Source: Phoronis australis (taxonomy: Eukaryota; Animalia; Phoronida). From it: a stretch of 63,910 nucleotides of DNA. Each line of letters opens with the position of its first letter. Positions within the stretch are counted from its first letter, which is position 1. The stretch spans positions 1,446,532-1,510,441 of the forward strand of contig NMRA01000006.1 of the NCBI GenBank assembly GCA_002633005.1, in the 5' to 3' direction. Positions 1-11,731 of this stretch are shown here, one piece after another. Position numbers and translations under genes: made by a program. The notes beneath the pieces were generated by a model. It was not told the DNA's origin. It was given only the letters and a program-made list of their open reading frames with translations, and ran no database searches.

Positions 1-599
1 TTTTTTTTCACTACCAACCGCCGTGGAGTATTTGTTACTGTTTCTTTGAAGGGAGATATTGTTGGGCAGTTTCTAAGATACGTTTTCTTGCCGCCCTCAA
101 AATGAGCGCTGCACACTTTATGCTACGAAGTCGGAAAGAATTCACGAAGTCGGCCTTTGCTACCAGCTCTACCGATGTCTCTGACCCATGTTTAACGCAG
201 TTCTTGATCCTTGGGAAACAGGTAGTAACTAAATTTTTTATTTCGCTAACTGGTATTATAGCATGCCAGGCACACAACACGTAAACCTCCCTGTGGCCGG
301 TTCGCCCCCACGCTTGCCGACGTACTTGTTTACCGGCTTAACCACAATGCAACATTCTGACCCATTTCCAATATGGCGGCGTTGCAACTCCGCTATTGAG
401 ACCGTTGGTCTGTTTCATGAGAGTGACTTAAGACTTAACACACAGATTTGGTCTTTGGTTCCCACTTAACAGTTGCTGAGTAAAGGATTATGTCTCAAGT
501 CACGAAACAGACCTCACTTATCTTCAAACTGGTCTAAACCAAACGTTAATATTTTAACTGAACGAACAGTGTACGTAGCACTCTCGAATGCTTATCAAC

Positions 600-1935
600 C
601 TACCTTGAGCCGTAAGAGAAATTTGATTTAGACCACCTACCTCTGTACAATTGGATTAATTTCTCCTATACCTAGATGAGGAGTGATTTCTGAGCTAAGG
701 ATATACTGACAGTTTGGTGGTGCCTTAGATCCCGCTTGGTGCATAAAATAACTCGTGACAAGCAAACCACGTCCATACGGGATTCTGAGTGACATTTCAA
801 CTCTGACATGATGAAGGAAGTCCAAATGCTTCTATCTCTAAAGGCATTTACTATATCGCCATATCATGCTCTATATGTAATGAGCTATGAGAAAGGTACA
901 ATGGTACTTAAAACAAATGCTCAAACGTACAGTTGATGATCAACTTAAAGACTAAGACAGGTTCATTAAGCTCGGCGATGTTTTTTGTTATCGGGATGTC
1001 TCTATTGATAGCCTGGGGGGTTTTCACACTTTGAACTCGTACGGTAAGAGGACCTTTGTCCGTGTTGCACAAGTTATGGACCAACAATGACCTAGAAAAT
1101 AATGTAACAGACACTTACGAGTATGTCTTAGATGCTAAACAAAGACTTGGGAAAACTTTTAAAGATGTTTCGGAAGTGTTACTTGAAAGTCAATAAAAAC
1201 AAAAAGTATTAGTTTCGGTAGGAAGGCTATTGAGAGAAATTTGAAGGCGGGTAAAATGAAGTATTAATATTATTACCGTCAGATAATAATAAACTGCTTA
1301 TGAATCGGAAAGGTCCATTTGCAGTTAAGGCAAAAATGTCCGGCCAGCATAATTATGCCACTGAAATTGGTGAGAACATGATGACAAACATAACATTAAC
1401 ATGCCCAAGCAATATGTCCGCCAGGAGAAAACCAATAGTGGCATCGGTAGCAGTGGCAGCGGTAGCAACTACAACGTTTGAGGATGTCGAAGATGTAATG
1501 GAATTGGAAACTTGAAGTGTGTCCAAGATGGGTAAGACGGAAGCATATGACTTTGTAGATGTAAAGATAAATCCGGAATTGGAGGAGTCACAGAAGGCTC
1601 GACTTAAGGATCTTGTGTTTGAGGTCTCTAATATATTTTCCTCCTTGCCTGATACCACGAATTCGCTAGAACATAAGGTAGTGTTGACCGATAAAATACC
1701 CAGACGAATGAACCTATATTCAGTACTTTATGTGTTAATTGTATGGCGAAATGAAGAAGATATTGATGACATGCGTGAATTGCATGTCATTGCATGAGCC
1801 GCCTGACTCACCTTACTGCAGCCATATAGTCTTGCTCAAGGAAAAGGACAGTACGACTAGATATTGCCAACATATGCCCAAAGTCACAATTAGGTAACGA
1901 AATTCGACTGCGAGGATTTGCCAGATATTGTGCAA
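600..1935 (+). mobile_element. Degenerate Ty3/gypsy LTR-retrotransposon pol fragment, integrase upstream of reverse transcriptase (Gmr1-like order)
   Basis: Frameshifted plus-strand translation gives integrase-core-like segments (FNSDMMKEVQMLLSLK, SPYH, ERYNGT, KQMLKR, RGPLSVLHKLW) at ~780-1090. A KVLILLPSDNNKLLMNRKGPF (GPY/F) module follows at ~1258-1320. A gypsy RT N-terminus comes next (LEESQKARLKDLVFEVSNIFS...HKVVLTD...PPDSPYCSHIVLLKEKDSTTRYC) at ~1560-1870. Many stops and frameshifts; boundaries approximate. Confidence 0.8.
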
Positions 1936-3904
1936 AGTGTGCGAATTCTTCTATTTTCCAAGGTGTAGATTTTTTCTATGAGTCGTCGATTAATTTGACT
2001 AATAATTCAACAGCAAAAAGTAAATTTATATTTTTAACGAAACTCAAAAAATGGTTCAAATAGTTCCATAATCACCCGCTTGGAGCGCTCCTTCTCGTGA
2101 CGTAATTGGTGGGGCAAAGTCAGTTTCCTATTTTAGCGTGCAGTCACGTGGCGACAAACTTCTTCATTGTCAAAATACTGAAATTTTAGTGTGAAATGTC
2201 GGGTGACCAGGATAAACTCCGGCTTAATCGCCATTGCACTCAAGAAAATCCGGTACGTTCCGTCAGTGAATGGATAAACAATCAGAACGCACGCTTTTGG
2301 ACTCTAAGTGGGCCGGGATCGTTTCTTGGGGTGGGTTGACATATTGTGTTTTGATCGTGAAGGAAGACGTGTTTTGATTTAAGTGAGGAATAAAAGGAGT
2401 TCTACGGAGTTGACACCGAACGCGAAGAAAGCTAGAGTTTCCCATTCGGCGCTATGCGCCTCTACAAATCGCGCGTTGCGCGATTGTCTATGAGACAAAA
2501 TTTTGCCCCCCCCCGCTGATGAGATCCATCACTGCATGTGTACCGTTGCTGGGAAGTTGTCAGGCACATACTGGGTATACGCCTCAGGATCAAATTGTGG
2601 GTGAGATAATGAATGTGATTGCAGTAAGTTTCCAGGATCAGCCTATTGTTGTTCAAGATTTTGTGAAAATGCATGCTATCCGCATATACGCCGATGCCCA
2701 CTAAGAGATGTGACGTAGTTGCTATGCAACTAGTTTGATGTCACGACCGAAGCCAGCACAGAGGCTGGAGTCAGACACTGGACCGAAATAATCGATGAAT
2801 CAGAACTGTACAAAGCTTTGATTCGAGTACAGTAGCAATTACGTTCAAATGCTGCTTACAAAACGCCACTTAAATCCAATTTTCAATAAGACATCCTATA
2901 TTTTCCTAAACCGTTTTCAACTGTGATAGCATTCATGCTTTGAACTTAAAAACGGACCCCTCGATCATTATACCATTGTTTGGCCATAAAACACTAAAAA
3001 AATCCGTTTCTCAGTGTTCACCACAGACTGTTAATTTTACGTAACGGGGTACAGATCTTTCTGATACTCTTTCTGGTACCAATGCTAGGATATTTTGGTT
3101 TACGCAGAAGTCATCGTGAACATAGATGCAGTGTTTACAGAATGTTCAATAAACCCGACTTTTTTACCTTCCCTTTCTTTTCCAGCTTGTAGCTGTGTAT
3201 CGAAAAGCGTCGTCGTTCGTTGAAAACCAGCGCATCGACAGAGTCCGTGAATAGCACTACTGTTAAAAACAGCAAAAGATGATATTCTGCCAGTGCATTT
3301 TTGCTCACTACACCACCGTTCGTTACCTCAGATTAAGCGCAAGTTCATTTGTGTCATTCTATGACTTCTTCTGTTTTACGAATTCGTGTATTTGTCGTAA
3401 TTACTCTCTTTATATTTTCAGTACTGTGTAATGAATTTATAAGTTACCACGACATCGCGGAATCACTGTTTTGTTTTTGGACACACCATCCGGCTCGTTT
3501 TCAAGCTTAATGGCGAATTCGCGCAAGTAGTAAGTAACTAATGATCGAACTGTCAAGAGCAAAAATAACGTCATCCAAGAGAGGAACTAGTTTATAGCGC
3601 TTAGATAGCAATAGAAATTAAGTTAATTTCTGGGACAGACCCAGGTTTCGATCAAAGATTGCCACTTTCAAGACTGCCATCTGCTGGTCAGTGACGAGTT
3701 TCATTTCTCAGTCACTAAATTTTTGGATAAATTAGTCCAAGAGCTAATTTGCCTCTATTTCTGCACTGAATCCAAGAAGACAGTCCCATTTAAGATAACC
3801 AAAAACACTGGAAACCAGCTGTCACGATATAGCCTCCAGTGATCAGCAAGAGTGAAAATTTTCGCCTTTTTGTGTTCAAGTTGTTCGCCTCGGTTTACAC
3901 ATTT

Positions 3905-4017
3905 CTGTTTAATGATCCTGAGCCGTGAAATGTGAAGCAATTTTCTCAACTGAATAACCGGCATCAAACTGGTTTTCAAAATACGGGCACGTGCACGTTA
4001 TATCCGAATCTTGCCAA
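3905..4017. repeat. Palindromic ~110-bp MITE-like element, copy 1 (partial)
   Basis: Shares TTTTCTC..TGAATAAC.GGCATCA.ACTGGTT.TCA.AATA.GGGCACG..TTAT.TCCGAAT.TTGCC with 19422-19531 and with the reverse complement of 9084-9195. Confidence 0.65.
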
Positions 4018-4039
4018 AAATTGGGCTGCCGCAGGTAGG

Positions 4040-4420
4040 CCTTGTACCTTCTAGCAGGATTGACAAAGCTGGCATGGCCGATAATAGACAACTCTTGAAT
4101 CGGCTGCAACTGTATAAAAGATGTCGCTGCTATCTTCCCGTCCTGGCCGTACTCTCATCGATAGATGAATGACGTACCATTCAAGACAGACCAAGTAGAT
4201 GTCAGCCAGACGATGGAAATTCGACGGCACAAGTCGACCTCCAGCAGTCGATAGTAGGCCTCACTGGTTGAATACATAGCGCACGCGACTCCTACAGCTG
4301 TATCTATGATGGCGTGTTATGGAGAATGGAAGACTGACAAGCCCCCACAGTTCAGGCAATCCATGTTCTGTAAATATGACTATGACGGTGGGTGATGATG
4401 ATGATGATCACGATTGGATG
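4040..4420 (+). mobile_element. Possible highly decayed 3' end of a non-LTR (RTE-like) retrotransposon
   Basis: An ARRWKF motif (~4205-4222) resembles the RRW(K/R)(F/W)xGH C-terminal motif of RTE ORF2. The region ends in a (GAT)n tail at ~4393-4409. Confidence 0.35.
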
Positions 4421-5854
4421 ATGAACCAATTTATATAAATAACGAGTTATAGAACAAGTCACTTTCTCAATGATTGATTTGTCGAAGAGGGGGTACTCCA
4501 GCTTAGCAAAAGAGTACTGGTTACCCTTAATCTTGCTTCAATAAATAATGTGCTTGGTGAATCCATCAATTCGAGAGTATCAATAGATTCCACGTTGTTT
4601 TCTTACACGGGTAGTCAAGCGGAAACTAACCAAGAAAATTGGATGACTACAAATTTATCGATTATTTTATTGTGGTATCACTGAGTACCTCAGCAGTGTG
4701 GTCTTGTAAAAATGTTCGTATATATTTCACATCCGATTCCTCGGCTGCACTCGCTCGTGTGCTACTCTACTTTAAAGAGCAAGTAAAATGGGTCAAATGA
4801 CCGATGAGCATGTTAAATTTATATATTATGTTATTGGTCACTAATTGAACACAATCGCGTCATTTCTTCTTTTACTCCTGACATTAACTAGTTACATTAG
4901 TTGCTATCACACGTCCCCATCAGGAACCCCATTTAGAGCCGAAAATTAGGTGCCGCTCGTACTGTAGAACACTAGGCTACAGTTCTATGCTCGTACTCAC
5001 CTCAGATATATCAACTCACTAATCGAAGCAAATCACGCCTATATTCTGAGACGAGAAGAGCAGGCCACGACTGAGAAAACTCGCCACATCGGTGACAGGT
5101 GCCAATTTCAAATCAAAGAATTTCAAAATTACGTCTCTTAGAGACACCGGCATATCTAAATGTCCGACGAAGTCACAGTGCCCTCATAGTGAGGCGTGTA
5201 AATCAGTAGCAGGGTCCCGGTGGGGGCCACTCCGCGACTCACTCAAAATAATATCAAAAGCTTATTCACTACTAAAGACTCGGTTATCAACTATTTTGTT
5301 GTGATATTTTAAGTATTTCTTCCCCAATTTGTGTACTTTTAATCAAGAAATCAACGCAAATTTAAATAATTATAATTTTTGTGTGACGTCGTAAGCGAAT
5401 CCGGTCTCCGCCATTGGCCGCCAGCCGCACTGGAAAACTGAGTTCGACAGGATTAGTGGTCACTATTGGTTTTGTAGTAACCATAAAGTTTGGATTATGG
5501 TGACTGTTTCAAAAACTGACAAAATTGTAAGATGTTTTATCATCTTCTCAAGCTTCTACGATGCATACGGTTATTAGATTTTAACTCGGTGATGTTTTCT
5601 AAAAGTAGAATTTGATTTTTGGCTTTTTAATCTATCTGAAATGAATTGGATCACGTGACCTTGTTTTTGCTAAAATTTAACAAAAAGAAAGCTGCATTGA
5701 TAGCAAAACAATTAACAGTATTAACAACAGGATAAACAACAGGATAAAATTTCATTTGATACAAAAAGAAGTCTCAAAAACGCGGTTACAGTTTTTTAAA
5801 TTATCATTTCGTTTTCGTTTTATGCTCTGGCTTTTGATTTTGTCGTAAAAATCT

Positions 5855-6010
5855 TATTTTCGTAGCCCCGCGTGCAAAGTGGAACGTTTTAAAACAATTC
5901 ATAGCATCTTTTGAAGAACTGTGCATAAAGCATAGTATCTGAAAGTTTCATATGACAGCTATTTCTGAGGTAGGATTTTTCGAAGTTAGTCAATTGAATC
6001 TCTACATTTT
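5855..6010 (+). repeat. End segment of a non-autonomous DNA-transposon-like dispersed repeat
   Basis: TTGAAGAACTGTGCATAAGCATAGTATCTGAAAGTTTCAT...TTTCTGAG...CGAAGTTAG recurs at ~50020-50115 and ~52965-53055, and more weakly at ~19255-19335. Confidence 0.55.
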
Positions 6011-7423
6011 TAAGGTCCTTCCGTAACCTTTGCAGGAATGCGTGCACGGTTCACGTTTGAACTAATGGTGCTTTCCGTTGGAAAAAGTTGAGTACGCATT
6101 TCGTTACGTACAAACGTACCCGCTAAGATGAGAGCTTCATGTTCAAACAATATTTGTTATTAAACACATGCTTTGTCATAATACAAGCATTAAACAATGG
6201 TTCAAGACTTCACCGCTTATAATTACACAAAATTCAGTTGACCTGTAGCGTATTTTTTTTCTCGGAAATCTTCCCCTTTGAAAAGCAAAGGGTCTTCGAA
6301 TTTTGTGCCAGGGCTCTTGCAATGGCTTCTGCAAGACGGGCGCGAAGCTGATCACTGACGGCTGTACAGTACTGCCAAAACACTACCAAGGTTTTAAGCA
6401 ACAGTCGTTTGGGTTTCAAAAGGCTTGGCTTGAGGGTCTGGCACCATTCAAGTCACTAAGAGATTTCACTTCCACCTTTTGTGGTTTGAGGCACACGCCA
6501 GTATCAGCGTAAAAGCATGATTTGCTCGACGTCGGTATATTATTCGACTACTTGTTTCCACTTTCGTGGCAGTGCTTGGAAAGATAAATTTTACTAACAA
6601 CTGACGATGCCACGCGCTTTGGAAACACGGTTATACAAGGCTTTCTCTTCTCCGATCATCTGATGAAGTCGGATATATAGGGTAGACAACTGTTCACATC
6701 GTCCAGTTCTTTTGTAGTGATATGTCATGTATTTTCATATACTCAGCTGCTGGAAGACTCTCGATACTAACACTTGCTGAAGAACGTCCACCGGGAAACT
6801 CACGTTCTCTGCCGTCACGTTATATGCCGGTCAAATTGTGATCAAGTCATGAAGTTTCAAGACCAAACTATCAAGGTGTCATGTTTTGACTAAGTTAATT
6901 AGAACATTTTTTCAGGTTTAAGAACTCTTTCAGTCTACAGAACTTCATTAACACGAGAAATACGTCGCCATTTTAACTGATGATTTTATATCCCACGAAA
7001 CTTTTCATAGTAGTGTGAAAATATTCAAAACGTCAGCTCGCATAAACAAGAAACGGATGGATAACTTAGAGACAAATTTGAAAGCCAAACGAAATATTTT
7101 TCATTACGTTCAGTAAACTTTGTCATTACTCCATACAACAGTTTGTGTCGAACAAGTACACGAAATTAACTCCCTGCTCAAAAAACTGCACCCGACACTT
7201 TTTTGCCATTCCCCACCAAAATGTTCGTTATTCGCACAGTGAGCAAGGCGTTAAATGAATTTTTACGGAAAATTTTGAAGAGGAATAACTTCCATACGTT
7301 AGAACTATTCCGCATGGCGAAATTATCTGTAGTAGCTCATGTCATTCACATTGGTGCAGTAAAAGCAGAGTTCCTCTGTTCGCATAGAGTGTGGACCTTG
7401 GAACATGAAGATTTTACAATTTT

Positions 7424-10101
7424 TCAATCTCCATTCGGCAACGGGACACAAAATCCAACGGAGTAATCGCCGTTCTCGTCAGAGTCGCCATATTTAGTAT
7501 TTTCGTTTTCCAGTGGACATTTAAAACCATATGGACATCCACATGGAAATTGCACACCTGTTATGACGTTATCCTTTGATTTATACTGCTTGAAACACAC
7601 TTCTTGTTGGTTGATCTGTACGTTGCATGTTGGCTGAAAATAAAGTCATGTCGACAGTTATCGGAGGGAATCACTTACACGACTGTAAAACACTCAAATG
7701 TCGGAACACTTACGATAAGTAGTTCGTGACTTAGGTAGACTTTCCGTAACCTAACGGACATTTGGAATATGTGTGAGCTTACGTTTTACAAGTTTTCGTT
7801 TGAACGAATTCACTTAAACGATTCTAGAACTGGCGTCTAATACATATTAAAATGACAGTTTGAGCTGAATGACGTTCTGGCAAGTGTAGGTTTAACAAAG
7901 TTTTCAGTGATTCCAGAAACTCCTAACGTTAGCAGACGATATAATCGGAAGAACTTTACCATGTTGCACGTGTACGAATACTCCCATCTCCCCTTCTTTC
8001 GCCACCATCCGGCCATGTTGAAAATCCCATCTTTACACTTGCAACGAGCTTCGGCAACTCTCGGCTTCCACTCATCGACACCAGTCGTTATCTTTACGGC
8101 TGGCGATCTGTCGTCCGCCTCGCATATATCGTCTGGTAAAATCTTGGCGCATAGGCGGTATTGTATGAGAAAATCCCCTTCAAAGTACATTTCACAGAAA
8201 TGTTTCATTCAGCACCCATAGCAAACTCAAGATCTTAACAAAAGTTTCTTATTTTGCATGCTGTGTAATGGCTAATGTTATTTTGGGTCACTATTAGTAA
8301 AAGTAATTAGCTGACTAAGGTTTAGGAAATTCGCAGTGGGATAACCAGAACCTGTCTCTTAATTGACGGGTGACTTTGAAGCTCTCAAGGGTTTTCAATA
8401 CTTTGATATTGATCGTAAACCACATCTCAGCTACCGATAATCACTTCCAAGCGCAATGCTCGACACACCAGAAAACGCAAAACAAATCATCTTTCCTGCG
8501 ACTGACGGAACACAGTATTCGACGAACTCTTACCCTATGAACTTAGTTACAAATTCTATGATATACGAGTAAAATTTTGTCCGACGACTGACGCGATCAT
8601 CAAAAAGAAAACAAAGTGAAATGTTACTACTGCTGTTTTCGGTGCCTGGTTGCATGGAACAGTCCCAAATTGAGACTCAACCGTTTTTTTGTCATTTCAT
8701 CTTGATAATAAGGTTCTCTTGTAATTTTCTAGTAATACTGTATGTCTGAAACCTGAGCCATTATTTCAAATTAGGGCCTTTGCATGAAAGGGTCACCTAT
8801 TTATTTTCAGTAATACTGATAACTCAACGTGGAGATAATATTCTTGGTGTCTACAAATGCGGCGAACAGTTGAGGAACATTATTGAGTCCCGTTTTGGAA
8901 CAGTTGCAAGTAATCAGTAACAGGGGCCTGGTTCATGAAGAGTGGGTTAAGGCTTAGGTCGCCAGGACAATTTCGACGAAAATTAAAGCAATTTAATATC
9001 AATGCAGCAAAGTATAAAATAAAGTCTCTGCGAATACACTCAAAATTGTTACTCTGACTGAGGGGGTTCACATCAGCTTTGGAGACAATTATGTCGACTA
9101 TAACGCGCCCGTATAATGACAACCAATTTGATGCTCGTTATTCAGCGGAGAAAACTGGTTCTGAAAATTCGGGCACGTTATATCCGATCATTACCGCTTT
9201 AGACGTAATAATGAAATTTCTCACTTCTTTCTTGATGATGCCAAGTGATGGCGCGTTTGTCCTTCTTATCACCCCAGTTCCTAACGCAACTCGGGCACTT
9301 GCACAGTTCTCCTTCGTCGATGACATCTTCTCGCTCTGATGTTTTCATCAGGGAGCCGCAAATAGAGTTTCTGGCCGGACACGACGAGCTTTTCTGTAAA
9401 AAACAAGCGCTCAATAGTTTTATTCTCCAAAAAAAATCAAAAATATTTTCTTCAATACAACAAATAAAAATGGACTAGGCTTATCTTACATGTCAAATCA
9501 CATTGACAGTTTCCTCATTTTAATCAAAACCAAATAATTTCCAACCGTCCGGTCATATTTTAATCTTTTCTTTGGATAATAGAACCCGGGTCGTGAACGG
9601 CGAATACGTACGAATATGCAATTCTTGCTGTTGATTTCAAAATTGAATTTTTAAAAGGGCTTGACTTCCATTTCTACCCTAGACCTTTATGGCACTTTTG
9701 GCTTAATATCATTGCTCCAGAGAAGTCGGCTAATATGGGCCGTTGATAAAGAAAATAAATCCAATACTAGTGAAGACTTTCTTCTGCAGTGTATTTCAAC
9801 GAAGACTTAACGAATTTCTTAAGTACTTGTAGAAATTTTATGAATGTATGCTCATCGTACACAGTTAGTAATTATATTTAACAACCTCCTTACCAAGCAG
9901 TTCACGGGCGAAATCACGAGATGCGTCAACAAATACAATCAAATTTCTATCAAACTTCAATCTGTTCATTATTACCTGTTCGTCGTTTTTGCCACTATCT
10001 TCGATCTCGTCGAAATTATCAAACATCACGTCTTCCAAGGTCAAGAATTCATCGCAACAAACGACAAGAAAAACGAGAACGCTCAATCCTCTCAAATCCA
10101 T
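7424..10101 (-). CDS. Secreted cysteine-rich protein, Argos (giant-lens)/scoloptoxin SLPTX11-like, 240 aa, 4 exons
   Basis: Exons 10101-9976, 9393-9225, 8177-7960 and 7633-7424, all GT-AG with phases 0/1/0 giving one ORF ending TGA. Signal-peptide-like N-terminus MDLRGLSVLVFLVVCC, then an acidic spacer, then 16 Cys in three modules each with a CxC (ELCKC, ARCKC, FPCGCP..FKCP). The gene structure is read directly; the family assignment is from recalled Cys architecture. Confidence 0.8.
9084..9195. repeat. Palindromic ~110-bp MITE-like element, copy 2 (inverted), ~30 nt inside intron 2 of the Cys-rich gene
   Basis: Imperfect terminal inverted repeats (TATAACGCGCCCGTAT / ATTCGGGCACGTTATA). Its reverse complement matches 19422-19531. 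Confidence 0.7.
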
Positions 10102-11613
10102 CTCAGAAGAACGTTCCAGACTAAATGCCAACCAGCAAAATCGTTGCACTCACGATAAGTTCTACCCTGAAAACTCTACTGGCAAAAATCCTCATGAGAA
10201 AGTAAGTGATAACTCGAAAATGAGCCTCTGCGGAAACGTGATGAGCAGAGGGATGATGGGCGATCGATGTTAACAAGATTTCTTGTCATCAATTATTCAA
10301 AGCCATAATGTCTAAGCATCACTGGAAGATAATTTAGTCGCGCATTTTTCCGCGAGTGTAGGAATTCCGTCCACTGTCTAAACTGAAACAAAACAACACC
10401 ACATATTTTGAATCCGTAGACATATTGAATGAAAAAACGCCAAACCAGAAACACTGCAAATAATCTTTTTCAATTATCTTTTCGATATTTTTAATTGTTT
10501 TATTTTAATAATTAAAGGCGAGTCCAACACTTATCCAAGATGTTCTTTATCTCCAAGATAACACCATAATTGCGGTGAAAAATTATACGGGTCTTACGAG
10601 CTACTTTGATTGCGTATAAACATTCCAACCCGGAATTGTTCGTTTCAGCGGGCTTTCCACACCGTAGTTGTGTAGAGCTGGCTGGGGTTGCATATGATGC
10701 CATTTGCGTTTTCCGTTTGCGGATCCATTGAGGAAAAAGTCATTTCGTTCTTATACTCAACTATAGGTTACGGTAAGTCACTCGGGTTACCAATCGAACA
10801 GTAGGCTAGTAGGCCTACAACTATTTTGTAAAATTGCATCGACAAGAAATGCTACACGTGCAAGTTAGCCCGCGCAACGCGCAATTCCGGGAGCGGAAAG
10901 AACATAGGTCTATTTTAGGTCTAGTATCCTCCACAGACCCACGAGATTCCGTGACGTCATCTTGTGAGGCCCGGGAACCAGGTTATTTTAGGTCCACCTA
11001 TATGATAAGCCAGCCACAGGGTGTATTGTGCACAAGCAGCATTTTTTAACCTTTTTAGTACACCGCTGACAATGATCAGTTTGGACATTGGGCCATTGGT
11101 GATGGCTTCCGTACCGACGAAATAAAAATAGAATAAAATGAAATTCTGATGTCATCTCGACCGCCTTAGTGTCCAGGAATTTTGCCAAGTATTGCCAAGT
11201 ACTAGCAAGCGAACAAAGAGTCTTGTTTGAGACAGACATTCTCTATTCAATTTGGGAAACCCTCTCTGGCTCCAAATGTAGGCCTGTCCCGCTCATTGGC
11301 TCGTGTGCGAACCCGGCGTTGCCCGCGCTTTCTTCAAGCTCTGAGCGCGCTGTCTGGGGCCTTCGTGACTCTGAGCTCGTAATAGTAATTTTACTATAGG
11401 CCTACGTTGTGATACAAATTCCAGCAACCATGAAACTCGTAAACTTACAATAACAAACTGTTTACATAATGATATACGATAGGCCACCTTAATAGTGATG
11501 GCAAATTGAAATGCGATTATTTTCTTTATGATACACGATTCATTATTACACTTCAGCCAATAACGTCCGGCAGAATAAATTGAGGTACTCTCAAAACCAC
11601 ATGCTCGTCGCTT

Positions 11614-11627
11614 GTTGTCATAGCGCC
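11614..11627 (+). promoter_or_regulatory. RFX X-box-like motif upstream of the unrecognised gene
   Basis: GTTGTCATAGCGCC, ~105 bp upstream of the ATG at 11732, resembles the X-box consensus GTTNCCATGGNAAC. Confidence 0.35.
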
Positions 11628-11731
11628 GTCAAACAAAAGATCGCACAAGCGACGTATCGTGTGTTGCGAGAAGCTGTGTCGCTGAGAAATAATCTGCACT
11701 TCGACCAAGCAACAGTAAACAAATTATAAGC

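Noticed and set aside
35-540. Short ORFs at the window start
   Set aside because: No recognisable domain or consistent splice structure, so they cannot be supported.
2519-2704. ORF vaguely resembling a hAT transposase segment (YTPQDQIVGEIMNVIA)
   Set aside because: Too short, with no further transposase motifs or TIRs identified.
6303-6512. Cys-containing ORF (TDGCTVLP) resembling a conodipine/PLA2 fragment
   Set aside because: No in-frame CxxHDxCY catalytic motif, no signal peptide and no splice context.
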